Assembly (NCBI GenBank): GCA_950097015.1
Contig: CATNEN010000001.1
Coordinates: 17,422,001 to 17,486,000, forward strand
Length of the DNA: 64,000 nt
From: Macrostomum hystrix
Taxonomy: Eukaryota > Animalia > Platyhelminthes
Direction of reading: 5' to 3'
Positions 63,450 through 64,000 of this stretch are shown piece by piece; the first letter of the stretch is position 1, and each line of letters opens with the position of its first letter. The notes beneath the pieces were generated by a model, which was given only the letters and a program-made list of their open reading frames with translations, did not search any database and was not told the origin of the DNA. Both the position numbers and the translations under genes were made by a program.

Positions 63450-64000
63450 GTTGAAATCGCATAATTGTGATGGTCCGTTTTCCGTCCGATTTGAGTCCGT
63501 AAAAAGGCGACGCGAATGTAAAATTTAACAACACATGTATTTTGACCGCAGGCAATAAAAAGTTTTGTCTCAGAAGAAGCCAGTTACACTAAACTTAATA
63601 AGAAGTCAGATTCAATTTTTTAGTTTCAAATTACAGCTTAAAAGCGTAAGAATGGCCTGAGCAAAGATTTTGAAAGCGCATGCACTGCAAACTTTCACTT
63701 TGACCTGACGGGATCCTCAATTAATTATACTATTATTTCCGTGAGAATTCTCGATTCGATCAACGAATTCTCAAAAACTATTCACTGTAAGACACTAAAA
63801 TTCATTAGACAAAACAAAGTAAATATAAACACTGATATCACGTCGCCATCACTTTGTGGTTTATCTATATAAGTTAATTATTAAGTGAAAGTCTATTTGA
63901 TCAGCAATGTCAGTGTAGCTTAGTTAGGATGTATTATGAAGCTACAGGAATATTTTTACAAAAAAGAGTGTTCTTTTAACGCGCATAGTGTATATTTATT

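Overview
Eukaryotic (metazoan) genomic DNA. It is probably a flatworm such as Macrostomum, inferred from the flatworm-like 28S fragments and very high minisatellite load. The window has two compartments. (1) Positions 1-38 kb hold host genes on the minus strand: a complete six-exon bestrophin gene (ATG 35640 to stop 14416, about 589 aa) and a TM1-TM2 exon of a class A GPCR. Their introns are packed with more than a dozen minisatellites, many abutting splice sites, plus two tRNA-derived SINE families. (2) Positions 38-63.5 kb are a gene-free nest of transposons built around a broken but collinear 28S rDNA copy (43.2-56.3 kb). This copy contains a 2.3-kb TG...CA solo-LTR-like insert with a 4-bp TSD, a decayed R2 element with a recognisable HDV-like ribozyme, a nested Gypsy fragment, a LOA-like LINE with RNase H, and a 209-bp internally deleted LINE with an 11-bp TSD. 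It is flanked by further Gypsy, MULE, hAT and Jockey/I-like elements. The best leads are complementary TGTCTAACAG-core arrays at both ends and in the middle of the 14.7-kb bestrophin intron (a possible RNA splint), sense-strand arrays of GGTGAG donor-like motifs, and the R2 ribozyme with its very large P4 loop. Satellite and transposon boundaries are approximate unless a TSD or splice site is cited.
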